Assembly: GCA_963768305.1 (NCBI GenBank) | Contig: CAVYHE010000005.1 | Coordinates: forward strand, 1-16,801 | DNA: 16,801 bases | Origin: an uncultured bacterium | GTDB lineage: Bacteria; Margulisbacteria; WOR-1; CAVSGV01 | Direction: 5' to 3' | In this document: positions 8,271 through 16,801 of the stretch, piece by piece | Layout: every line of letters starts with the position of its first letter | Numbering within the stretch: position 1 is the stretch's first letter | Notes under the pieces: generated by a model | The model's input: the letters and a program-made list of their open reading frames with translations, nothing else | Database searches by the model: none | Told to the model about the DNA's origin: nothing | Program-made: the position numbers and the translations under genes

Positions 8271-10119
8271 GCCCGTATATGTCCAGTATCTGAGCTCTTT
8301 TTCCGTGTTCAATGAACTGAGACGGCAGTCCGATCCTTTTCACGGGTTTTTCGAGCCCTTGATCGGACAAAAGTTCAGTGATCGCACTTCCAAATCCGCC
8401 ATCCAACACACCCTCTTCGACTGTAACAACTTTATCAGACTCCTTGGTCAGTTTGATGATAAGTTCATTATCAAGAGGTTTGGCGAACCTTGCATTGACT
8501 ACGGTTGAACTTATTCCATTTTTTTCCGATAACTTCGCAGCCTCGATCGCCGGGTAGACCATGGAGCCAATGGCAATAATCAGGAGATGAGAGGTGGGAG
8601 ATGAGAGATGGGATGTATACACAATTTCAGCTTTGCCGATCTCGATTTTCTTGAATCCTGCATCCAAACCTATACCTATTCCCTGTCCCCGGGGGTATCT
8701 GATGGCTATCGGCCCGTTATGATCAATTGCAGCGGCCAGCATGTGCTGAAGCTCATTCTCATCTTTTGGCGCCATTAAGGTAAGATCGGGGATATGTCGA
8801 AGATACGCGATATCAAATATGCCGTTATGTGTAGCCCCGTCCTCACCAACTATCCCAGCGCGGTCAATTGCAAAAACAACAGGAAGGTTTTGCAGGCACA
8901 CATCATGAAGAATTTCATCGTAAGCTCGCTGAAGAAAAGTGGAATAAACAGCAACGACCGGCTTGAAGCCCGCTTTTGCAAGTCCCGCCGAGAAAGTCAC
9001 CGCGTGTTCTTCGGCTATCCCGACATCGAACAATCTATTTGGATATGCTCTATAAAATTCATCCAGGCCGGTACCATCCAGCATCGCGGCTGTTACAGCA
9101 ACGATCTTATCGTTCCGCTCGGCAAGCTTTGTAAGAGTTTTACCAAAAACTGATGTGTATGTCGGAACATCACTTTTTGATATCACTTTTCCGGTTTCTA
9201 TATTAAAAGGAGCTATCCCATGGAATTTTGTCGGATCCGCTTCCGAAGGATTATATCCTTTGCCTTTTTTTGTATGCACATGCACAACTATCGGCCCTTT
9301 AACTTCCTTCGCATATTGAAGCGTCCCGATAAGGAGAGGGATATTATGCCCGTCGATGGGCCCGAGATATCTAATGCCGAGTTCTTCGATAATGACCCCG
9401 ACATTGAAATCAACGACGAAATGCTTTAGCCGGTTCTTCATATTTTCGGCCCGTTTGACCAGATTGTCGCCTATCCTCGGGATGCGCTCGAGCATCTTCT
9501 CTACCCTATTCCTGAAGTTTACGTAAGTGCTGCTGGTCCGAAGTTTTGTAAAATAATCGGCGATCGCTCCGACATTCTTGGAAATGGAAAGCTGGTTGTC
9601 GTTAAGTATGATGACAAGATTGTCCTTCAAGCCGATAAGATTATTCATCCCCTCCAGCGCCAGGCCGCCGGAAATAGAACCATCCCCTATCACGCTTATC
9701 ACATTATATTGTTCACCGGAAAGCTCTCTCGCCTTTGCAAGACCAAGGGCCAGAGATATTGAATTGCTGGCATGGCCGACAGTGAACGGGTCATGAGGGG
9801 ATTCCTCCTTGTTCGGAAATCCGGAAATACCGCCAAGCTGACGCAGCGTACCGAACTTTGAGCTTCTGCTCGTCAATATCTTATGGGCATAAGCCTGATG
9901 ACCCACGTCCCAGAGGATCTTGTCCTTTGGCGAATCATAGACAGCGTGGATAGCCAGTGCCAGCTCGACGGCCCCGAGAGATGAAGAAAGATGACCGCCG
10001 ACGCGCGAAGTCGTTTCTATGATAAGCGACCTTACCTCTTTTGCAAGATCTTCCAGCTGTGAAGAGGACAAATGCCTAAGATCATAAGGAAGGTTCAGAT
10101 TGGAAAGTAATTCCGGCAC
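8239..10119 (-). CDS. dxs: 1-deoxy-D-xylulose-5-phosphate synthase
   Basis: GGHLSSSLGAVEL, WDVGHQAYAHKILT, TPP motif GDGSISGGLALEGMNN...NDN, DVGIAEEHA, YSTFLQRAYD, DRAGIVGEDGATH and IRYPRG. Confidence 0.97.
   Translation of the reverse strand: MPELLSNLNLPYDLRHLSSSQLEDLAKEVRSLIIETTSRVGGHLSSSLGAVELALAIHAVYDSPKDKILWDVGHQAYAHKILTSRSSKFGTLRQLGGISGFPNKEESPHDPFTVGHASNSISLALGLAKARELSGEQYNVISVIGDGSISGGLALEGMNNLIGLKDNLVIILNDNQLSISKNVGAIADYFTKLRTSSTYVNFRNRVEKMLERIPRIGDNLVKRAENMKNRLKHFVVDFNVGVIIEELGIRYLGPIDGHNIPLLIGTLQYAKEVKGPIVVHVHTKKGKGYNPSEADPTKFHGIAPFNIETGKVISKSDVPTYTSVFGKTLTKLAERNDKIVAVTAAMLDGTGLDEFYRAYPNRLFDVGIAEEHAVTFSAGLAKAGFKPVVAVYSTFLQRAYDEILHDVCLQNLPVVFAIDRAGIVGEDGATHNGIFDIAYLRHIPDLTLMAPKDENELQHMLAAAIDHNGPIAIRYPRGQGIGIGLDAGFKKIEIGKAEIVYTSHLSSPTSHLLIIAIGSMVYPAIEAAKLSEKNGISSTVVNARFAKPLDNELIIKLTKESDKVVTVEEGVLDGGFGSAITELLSDQGLEKPVKRIGLPSQFIEHGKRAQILDIYGLTPGKIASAF
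8584..8611 (+). repeat. Degenerate heptamer tandem repeat x4 inside dxs
   Basis: GAGATGA GAGGTGG GAGATGA GAGATGG, encoding SHLSSPTSHL on the minus strand. Confidence 0.75.
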
Positions 10120-10120
10120 A

Positions 10121-10504
10121 TTAACCTCTGAAGAGAAATGAATTTGATATCAATGAAATTATGATCCCGAGAATGCCTCCTGTGGACACTTCAACAAGGG
10201 TATGCCCTACATCTTCATGGCGGACCTTCATCGCATCGTACATTACGATAACCGCAAAAACAAAGACCACTGCGTAGAACACTGAATCAAATCCCTGGCG
10301 CAAGCCCACTATTGTCACAAGGGAACAAACAAGTGCGGAGTGAGAAGACGGCATGCCGCCCGCCTCAAAGAAATGGATCAAATTGATCCTTTTTTCCACA
10401 ATAAAATAATAAATTATCTTCAATATCTGCGCTAAAAGCATTGAGACTAGCGCGGTCATCAGCGTAATGTTCAAAAATGAGCCGATAATAAAAGCTTTGA
10501 GCAT
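10121..10504 (-). CDS. Divergent PAP2 family membrane protein (DUF212-like)
   Basis: AQILK, GGMPSSHSA, IVMYDA-VR and GHT-EV motifs. Located between ispA and dxs. Confidence 0.88.
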   Translation of the reverse strand: MLKAFIIGSFLNITLMTALVSMLLAQILKIIYYFIVEKRINLIHFFEAGGMPSSHSALVCSLVTIVGLRQGFDSVFYAVVFVFAVIVMYDAMKVRHEDVGHTLVEVSTGGILGIIISLISNSFLFRG

Positions 10505-10505
10505 A

Positions 10506-11333
10506 TTAATCCTTTCTTTGAACCAGATAAACGGCGATATCCTTGAAAACGTTGAAGTCCGAACCGCCGGGCAAAGATTTTAACGCTTTCCGGATCTCCG
10601 ATCGGGCCAGTTCTTTGGCTTTATCCATGCCGAGAAGCGCGGGATAATCGTTCCTTGAGCTTTGCTTATGGTCTAATATATCATCAATAATCTGAAACGC
10701 AAGTCCCAGGTGGCGGGCATAAGCCGTCAATTTCGATATTTCTGAAGACTTTGCCGAACCCGCCATTGCGCCACATCGAACGCTTGCGACGAAGAGGTCC
10801 GCCGTCTTATGCAGACTGATATAATTGAGTTCGGCAAGATCGATCTTCTTATCTTTAGCCCTGAGATCTGCCATTTGCCCCCCCACCACGCCGTTGATCC
10901 CCAGCGCTTTTGAAAGTTCAGAGATGATCCTGGCTGATCGATCCCCGCAATTTTTGGCAATTATCTCAAAAGCTAACGAATTCAGCATGTCGCCAGCCAG
11001 AATGGCGGCATCTTCCCCGAAAACCTTATGGCAGGACGGCTTTCCCCTTCTCATGTCATCGTTATCCATGGCGGGAAGATCATCATGGACAAGAGTGTAT
11101 GTGTGGATCATCTCTATAGCCGCGGCGACCGGGACGGCATTTTTATAACTTCCCGAAACCGCTTCGCAGGCCGCAAGAGCAAGTATCGGCCTTATCCTTT
11201 TTCCGCAGGACATGACGGAGTATCGAACGGCATCACTAAGTAATTTTGAATATTTATCCCCTTTGGGAAGATATCGGACCAATGCTTTATCAACGACCGC
11301 TCTTCTTTTTGAAAGATATTGTTTAATATCCAT
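10506..11333 (-). CDS. ispA: Short-chain polyprenyl (farnesyl/geranylgeranyl) diphosphate synthase
   Basis: Has its own ATG at 11333 (MDIKQYL), 275 aa. GKRIRP, first Asp-rich motif [29 protein letters not shown], and second motif FQIIDDILD. Confidence 0.88.
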   Translation of the reverse strand: MDIKQYLSKRRAVVDKALVRYLPKGDKYSKLLSDAVRYSVMSCGKRIRPILALAACEAVSGSYKNAVPVAAAIEMIHTYTLVHDDLPAMDNDDMRRGKPSCHKVFGEDAAILAGDMLNSLAFEIIAKNCGDRSARIISELSKALGINGVVGGQMADLRAKDKKIDLAELNYISLHKTADLFVASVRCGAMAGSAKSSEISKLTAYARHLGLAFQIIDDILDHKQSSRNDYPALLGMDKAKELARSEIRKALKSLPGGSDFNVFKDIAVYLVQRKD

Positions 11334-11335
11334 TT

Positions 11336-12098
11336 TTACAATCTTACCGGGATGCCTTTTCTTGTAAGATATCCTTTCAATTCCTTTATGCTGAAATTCG
11401 CAGTAATGGAGGCAGGAGGCAAGAAGTGCCGCATCAGCTCCTCCGCGGGTCAAAGCTTCATAGACATGCTCCATTGAACCAGCGCCGCCGGAAGCGATCA
11501 CAGGAATGTTAACGCCCCTTGATATCTTTTGTGTTAGCTCAAGATCATATCCGTTCTTTGTCCCATCCATGTCCATGCTGGTCAAAAGTATCTCTCCTGC
11601 ACCGAGTTTTTCCGCCGTTTTCGACCATTCCACCGCATCGATGCCGGTGGGCGTCCTTCCGCCGTTCACATAGACTTCCCAGGACGGCTTAGCTGAATTT
11701 TTCTTGGCATCGATCGCGACCACGATGCACTGGCTGCCGAATTTATCAGAGGCTTTTTTGATAAAATCGGGATCTTTGATCGCCGCGGTATTGATCGAAA
11801 CCTTGTCCGCACCGGATTTAAGTATTTCTTTAATAGTTTCAATGTCATTTATCCCGCCGCCTACGGTGAACGGGATAAAGACCTTTTCCGCCACTTTGCG
11901 GACGATATCGATCATTATGTAGCGATTATGCGCGGAAGCGGTGATATCAAGGAAGGTCAGTTCGTCAGCCCCTTCTTTATCGTAAAAAGCCGCCAGCTCA
12001 ACCGGGTTGCCCGCGTCTTTGAGGTCCACAAATTTCACGCCTTTCACGACACGTCCTTCTGTTACATCCAGGCATGGTATTATTCTTTTTGCCAGCAT
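11336..12098 (-). CDS. hisF: Imidazole glycerol phosphate synthase cyclase subunit HisF (1-nt insertion near 11394-11396)
   Basis: [50 protein letters not shown] and PVIASGGAG. The normal C-terminus [21 protein letters not shown] (stop at 11336-11338) lies in the adjacent frame. Confidence 0.93.
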
Positions 12099-12868
12099 CA
12101 GTTATTTTCTCCTATAAGATCGCTTATCGTCACAAAGCTGTAGCCCTTTTCTTTCAACGATTGCAAGATCACCGGCAGCGCCCTGACCGTCTGCTCACTT
12201 CCATTATGCAAAAGGATAATATCGCCCGGCTGGGCACTATTGATTATCTTTTTCGAAAGATCATCAGCCATTTTCTGGATGTCATCCGGGACTTCATCTC
12301 CGGACGTGATATCAATGAAATCCCCGGCATTCAATGACCAGAAAACCGGCCGCAACCCCATTCTCGTTAAACCTTTGGTTAACGCCTGATTAAAGCCGCC
12401 TCCGGGAGGGCGGAAATACTTCGGCTGCCTACCGGTTATATTATATATTACTTCGCTGCATTTTTGGATATCTGATAGCGCGTCGCCCACAGGCCTGTCC
12501 TTGACAGAAGTATGGGAAAAAGTGTGATTGCCGATCTCATGGCCGCTGTTCTCCATTCGCATTAAAAGGTCGGGATTATCCTGAGCTTCTTTGCCAACAA
12601 CAAAGAAAGTCGCTTTAGCCCCGAATTTATCAAGTATATCGAGTATCGGCTGGCAGAATTCAGGCTTTGGGCCGTCGTCGAATGTTAGAGCTATCATGTT
12701 CTTGTGACGGTCGCCGTTCCATATCGACCCTGTCACAAATGAAGCCGGCATCGAAAATGTTTCAATGGTACCCTGAGCATTAGCAGGCGAGGGACAAATT
12801 ACCAATGACCAAATTCCAAGAAACAGGCAAATTGCAATATTCAACGAACAAGATACAAAAATCTTCAA
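12098..12868 (-). CDS. Polysaccharide deacetylase (CE4/NodB family) with N-terminal signal peptide
   Basis: [22 protein letters not shown] and IILLH. Hydrophobic N-terminus ending ANA-Q. Probable TTG start at 12868 overlapping the hisI stop (TTGA); the start is uncertain. Confidence 0.88.
   Translation of the reverse strand: MKIFVSCSLNIAICLFLGIWSLVICPSPANAQGTIETFSMPASFVTGSIWNGDRHKNMIALTFDDGPKPEFCQPILDILDKFGAKATFFVVGKEAQDNPDLLMRMENSGHEIGNHTFSHTSVKDRPVGDALSDIQKCSEVIYNITGRQPKYFRPPGGGFNQALTKGLTRMGLRPVFWSLNAGDFIDITSGDEVPDDIQKMADDLSKKIINSAQPGDIILLHNGSEQTVRALPVILQSLKEKGYSFVTISDLIGENN
12792..12819 (-). repeat. Degenerate heptamer tandem repeat x4 (STRR2-like) in the deacetylase signal-peptide region
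   Basis: The minus strand reads TTGGAAT TTGGTCA TTGGTAA TTTGTCC, encoding [10 protein letters not shown]. Confidence 0.65.
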
Positions 12869-13185
12869 GTCAATTTCCTGAAGAAGCAGCTGCGGTTGCC
12901 TGTATGGCATGCGGCACCCGTTTGATCAACCATGAGGAGAAGCGTGTCCATATCGCAGTCGTAATATATCGCTTTCACATGCTGGAAATTCCCGGAAGTC
13001 TCGCCTTTCGTCCATAATTTTTTTCGAGAACGGCTCCAGTAACAAGCTTTCCCCTCCTTCAGCGTTTTTTCAAGAGATTCTTTGTTCATGTAAGCCATCA
13101 TCAGGACTTCCTTCGTCTTTTCATCCTGGACTATCGCAGGAATAAGGCCTTTGCTGTCGAATTTCAATTCATCGATTACCGCCAT
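12865..13185 (-). CDS. hisI: Phosphoribosyl-AMP cyclohydrolase (monofunctional)
   Basis: [35 protein letters not shown] and [10 protein letters not shown]. No HisE domain. Confidence 0.96.
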   Translation of the reverse strand: MAVIDELKFDSKGLIPAIVQDEKTKEVLMMAYMNKESLEKTLKEGKACYWSRSRKKLWTKGETSGNFQHVKAIYYDCDMDTLLLMVDQTGAACHTGNRSCFFRKLT

Positions 13186-13202
13186 ATATATCCGTCCTTT
13201 CT

Positions 13203-16200
13203 TTACTGATTATCCACCCAAGCCGAGTCCCTGCCAAGAAGATCTTCCACCTGAGAAACCACCGCGGGATCTATGGAAATATAATGCTCCTCCCCCACTT
13301 GCACGATCTTGCCGTCCATGTGAAGATAAACCGGATCCGTCCCTTTGAACGAGCCGAAAATGCTCTTCAACTGCGGAAGAGTGCTGAATTTCTCTTTATC
13401 CACCTTTACATGGAAGATCCTTCGACCACCCTCTTTTGAAAGCGGCTTTACAATGTCGCATATCACTTTTTTTTCGTCGTTCATGGAATCCACGTTTATC
13501 TTCCCTTTTATGATGACGATGGCGTCATCAAAAAGCATTGAAGCATATTTTTCATACGATCTTGGAAATATGACAACTGGAATGGTCCCCGTCATGTCCT
13601 CGATGTTCGCGACCATCATCAATTCTTTTCGCCTGGTTGTCAGCTTTCTGCAAGAAGAAAGTATCCCGCCGACCGTCACCATTTCCCCTTCTTTCCTTTC
13701 GGCAAGATCGGAAGCTTTGGTTTTCGCCTGTTCCTCCAGAAGTTCGCTGAACGAAGCAAGCGGGTGGCCGGAAATATAAAGCCCCAGCATTTCTTTTTCC
13801 ATATGTAAAAGTTCATCCGGACTGAATTCCGCTGCGTCATCAGGCTCGGGAGAACAATGATGAAAAGACTTCTTTTCAATCTGGAAAAGCGAACTTTGCC
13901 CGTTGGATGTTTCTTTTTGGGTAAGAGCAGCTTTATCTAAAGTCGATTCCAGCTTGTTCAATAAAGCGGCTCTCCTGCCTATGTTGTCAAAAGCCCCGCT
14001 CTTTATCAGGCTTTCCACTACCCGTTTATTCACGGCGCGGAGGTCAATTCTTTCGCAGAAGTCCAGAAGCGAAGTGAATTTGCCGTCTTTTTTTCGGATG
14101 GCGATGATGTTCTCAACAGCTCCGATTCCGACATTTTTTATGGCCACTAATCCGAATCTGATCCCGTCGCCGACAACGGTAAAGTCTTTCAAACTTTCAT
14201 TCACATCTGGCGGCATGACCTTTATTTTCATTTTCTGGCATTCGGATATATACATGCTCACTTTGTCGGCGTCGCCGGTGACGGAAGTGAGAAGCGAGGC
14301 CATGAATTCCACCGGGTAATGCGTTTTCAAATAAGCTGTCTGGTAGGAGATGATCGAATAAGCGGCGGAATGGCTCTTATTGAAGCCGTATCCCGAGAAT
14401 TTCGAACAAAGATTGAAAAGGATGGTCGCCTTATTCTCGGAAAAGCCTTTTTTCTTCGCGCCTTCGATGAATTTTTCTTTCTGCGCGTGCATCTCTTTCT
14501 CTTTTTTCTTCCCCATGGCGGACCGAAGGACATCCGCCTGCGCCAGCGTGTATCCGGCTATCTTGCTCGCTATTTCCATTACCTGCTCCTGATAAAGGAT
14601 GATGCCGTGAGTTTCGCGTAATATAGGCTCTAGCTCCGGAAGTTCATATTTGACGGGGACCTGTTTGTGCTTCCTCTTGACGAAATCTTCCACCATTCCG
14701 CCTTCAATGGGGCCCGGACGGTAAAGAGCGTTCAAAGCTATGATCTCATCGAAAGCGGTCGGTTTCAGGTCTTTTATCAGCGCCCTCATCCCCCTGCTTT
14801 CAAGCTGGAAAATGCCCACCGTGTTCCCGCTGCAAAGAAGCTGGTAAGTCGCGGTATCGTCGGTAGGGAGCTCCTTTATGTTCAGGTCGATATTTTTTGT
14901 GTGCTTGATGATGCGGACCGCATGGGCGATCATGGTAAGGTTGCGCAGTCCAAGGAAATCCATTTTTAATATTCCGAGCTCTTTCAGGTCGTTCATGTCG
15001 TACTGCGTCATCGTCTGGGTATCGTTTATCAGCTGGACAGGGACAAGGTCGGTAAGTTCTTCCTTTGAGATGACCACGCCCGCGGCATGCGTGGACGCGT
15101 GCCTCACCATACCTTCTATCCGTTTTGCGTCGTCTATCAAAGCCTTGATTCTCGGCTCCCTGTCATACGCGGCTTTTAATTCCTTGATCTCTGCCATTGC
15201 TTTGTCGATCGTCACGTCCTTCATAATGGGGACCATTTTCGCTATCTTGTCCACCTCCGACAAAGGCACCTCTTCAACCCGGCCCACGTCCCTTATCGCG
15301 GCCCTTGCCGCCATCGTACCGAAAGTTATTATCTGGGCAACGCGTTCCTTCCCGTATTTTGTTACCACATAATCGATGACTTCCTGCCGCCTCTCAATGC
15401 AGAAATCTATGTCTATATCAGGCATTGATATCCTCTCGGGATTCAGGAACCTTTCGAAAATCAGCCCGTATTTGAGAGGGTCAAGGCTGGTGATCCCAAG
15501 TGAATATGAAACGATGCTCCCCGCGGCGGAACCCCTTCCCGGACCGACCTGGATGCCGGCGGACCTAGCAAAATTTATGAAATCATTCACAATCAGAAAG
15601 TATGAAGCGAATCCTGTCTGCTTGATGACGCTAAGCTCGTATTTTACCCTATCCTTGATCTCCGGAGGGATGACGACGATCTCTTTCCCCGACTTGTCAT
15701 TCGTCTTGACCCCATATTTTTGATTAATGCCTTCGAAACTCAATTTTTCAAGGAATGAATCCGCCGTCTCGCCGGACGGGACGGGAAAATCAGGTATCAA
15801 GTACCTGCCGAGATCGAGTGTCAGGTCGCATTTTTCCATCACCTCAACCGTATTCGAAAGCGCGTCTTCATTGTCAGAGAAATTATTCATCATTTCAGAA
15901 TAAGATTTGATGTAAAATTCGTCGCCGGAGAACTTCATTCGATCGGCGTCATTCAGGAAAGAGCCTGTCTGGATGCAGAGCATTATGTCCTGCCCTCTCG
16001 CATCTTCCTGCGCCGTATAATGCGAGTCGTTCGTCGCGACGCAGTGGATATCCATTTCCTTGCTGAGTTTTTCAAGATAGACATTAATTATTTTCTGCTC
16101 CGGAATGCCGTGGTACATCATTTCCAGATAATAGTCTGCTCCGAAAAGGCTTTGATAAAACGCGGCAAGATCTTTTGCTTTCTTGCCTTCATTGGCAAGT

Positions 16201-16640
16201 ATAAGCCTTGCTAGCTCGCCCTTGCTGCATCCGGACAAGATCGATCAGCCCGTCCTTATACTGTTCAATGAGCTCCCTGTCCACTCTTGGCCTGGAATAA
16301 AAACCTTCGGTGTGGCCTTTTGACACAAGCTTTACCAGGTTCTTATATCCTGTCATATTCTTTGCGATAGCGGTCAGGTGGTATGGCGATCGATCTTCAG
16401 CCGTATTTTTATTGAATCTTCCGTTAGGGGCAACATAAAGTTCGCTTCCTATGAGGGGTTTAATGCCGGCTTCCTTCATTTTCAGGTAGAATTTCACCGC
16501 GCCGTACATACTTCCATGGTCGGTGATGGCCATTCCCTTCATTCCTAGGTCTTTGGCTTTTTTGCGAGGTCATCTATTCGGCTGGCACCGTCAAGCAGGC
16601 TGTATTCCGAATGCACATGCAGATGTATAAAACCTTTCAC
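13203..16640 (-). CDS. dnaE: DNA polymerase III alpha subunit; two 1-nt frame breaks (about 16557-16563 and 16239-16246) in the PHP domain
   Basis: GTG at 16640 gives [22 protein letters not shown]. The middle frame gives [11 protein letters not shown]...GFYSRPRVD. The main frame gives LSGC..., [55 protein letters not shown] and an OB fold. Total span is 3438 nt (1145 aa). No intein seen. Confidence 0.95.
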
Positions 16641-16801
16641 AGCTTCTCGCTCTTCACTTCAATATCCGATTCTTTGCTGCGGCCTATGCCTTTGTTCTCC
16701 GCAAGCTTTAAATAACTGATCTTGTCAGGATCGATCTTCATCATCCGCATCGCCACACTGTCCGTGGAAACCGGATCGTTACCGGCGATAATGACATTCC
16801 C
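16637..16801 (-). CDS. 3' end of a probable DUF362-family protein (runs off the window end; not in the ORF track)
   Basis: The minus strand from 16801 reads [54 protein letters not shown], which resembles the DUF362 C-terminal A-DPVA-D...DP-I-YL-A-G-G pattern. The stop overlaps the dnaE GTG (GTGA). Confidence 0.72.
   Translation of the reverse strand, partial: GNVIIAGNDPVSTDSVAMRMMKIDPDKISYLKLAENKGIGRSKESDIEVKSEKL

Noticed and set aside
9560..9567. GCGATCGC (cyanobacterial HIP1 octamer)
   Set aside because: I noticed only one copy, which is compatible with chance.
10506..12098. 530-aa HisF-prenyltransferase fusion as a novel bifunctional enzyme
   Set aside because: The canonical HisF C-terminus and stop are present in the neighbouring frame and ispA has its own ATG. 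One extra base explains the fusion.
668..16214. Numerous short or antisense ORFs in the six-frame track (e.g. 2762-3238, 5126-5644, 6903-7490, 14878-15372)
   Set aside because: They overlap well-supported genes on the opposite strand or in another frame, and show no recognisable motifs.
13203..16640. Split or intein-containing dnaE (as in cyanobacterial trans-spliced DnaE)
   Set aside because: No intein motifs (N-terminal C/S block, terminal HN) are present. The pieces are colinear and differ only by single-base shifts.
1..16801. CRISPR array, IS/transposase, integrase, riboswitch
   Set aside because: No repeat-spacer pattern, terminal inverted repeats or recombinase motifs were seen. The intergenic gaps are mostly too short for structured leaders.

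Overview
Bacterial chromosomal window made up mostly of housekeeping genes. In order: 3' end of accA, a decayed tRNA-Leu 5' fragment plus two intact tRNA-Leu genes (CAA, CAG), an AT-rich orphan gene, rubrerythrin, stand-alone TrpB2, an ABC-2 exporter pair, thioesterase-nadB, and a long minus-strand run (DUF362-like 3' end, dnaE, hisI, polysaccharide deacetylase, hisF, ispA, DUF212, dxs). Four single-base frame breaks distort the ORF track: two in dnaE, one creating a false HisF-IspA fusion, and one splitting the orphan gene. Together they point to sequencing/assembly indels. The most interesting element is the repaired orphan (543-2629, about 695 aa). It has an EF-hand-like loop, TPRs and a C-terminal HExxH...E zinc metallopeptidase domain, no signal peptide, a sigma28/sigmaD-like promoter, and sits just downstream of the tRNAs. 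Also seen: STRR-like heptamer repeats inside two coding regions, back-to-back extended -10 promoters that suggest leaderless mRNAs, and internal deletions of normally conserved segments in IspA, DUF212 and the ABC ATPase. No integrase, IS element or CRISPR array was seen. All family calls come from motif recognition, not database searches.
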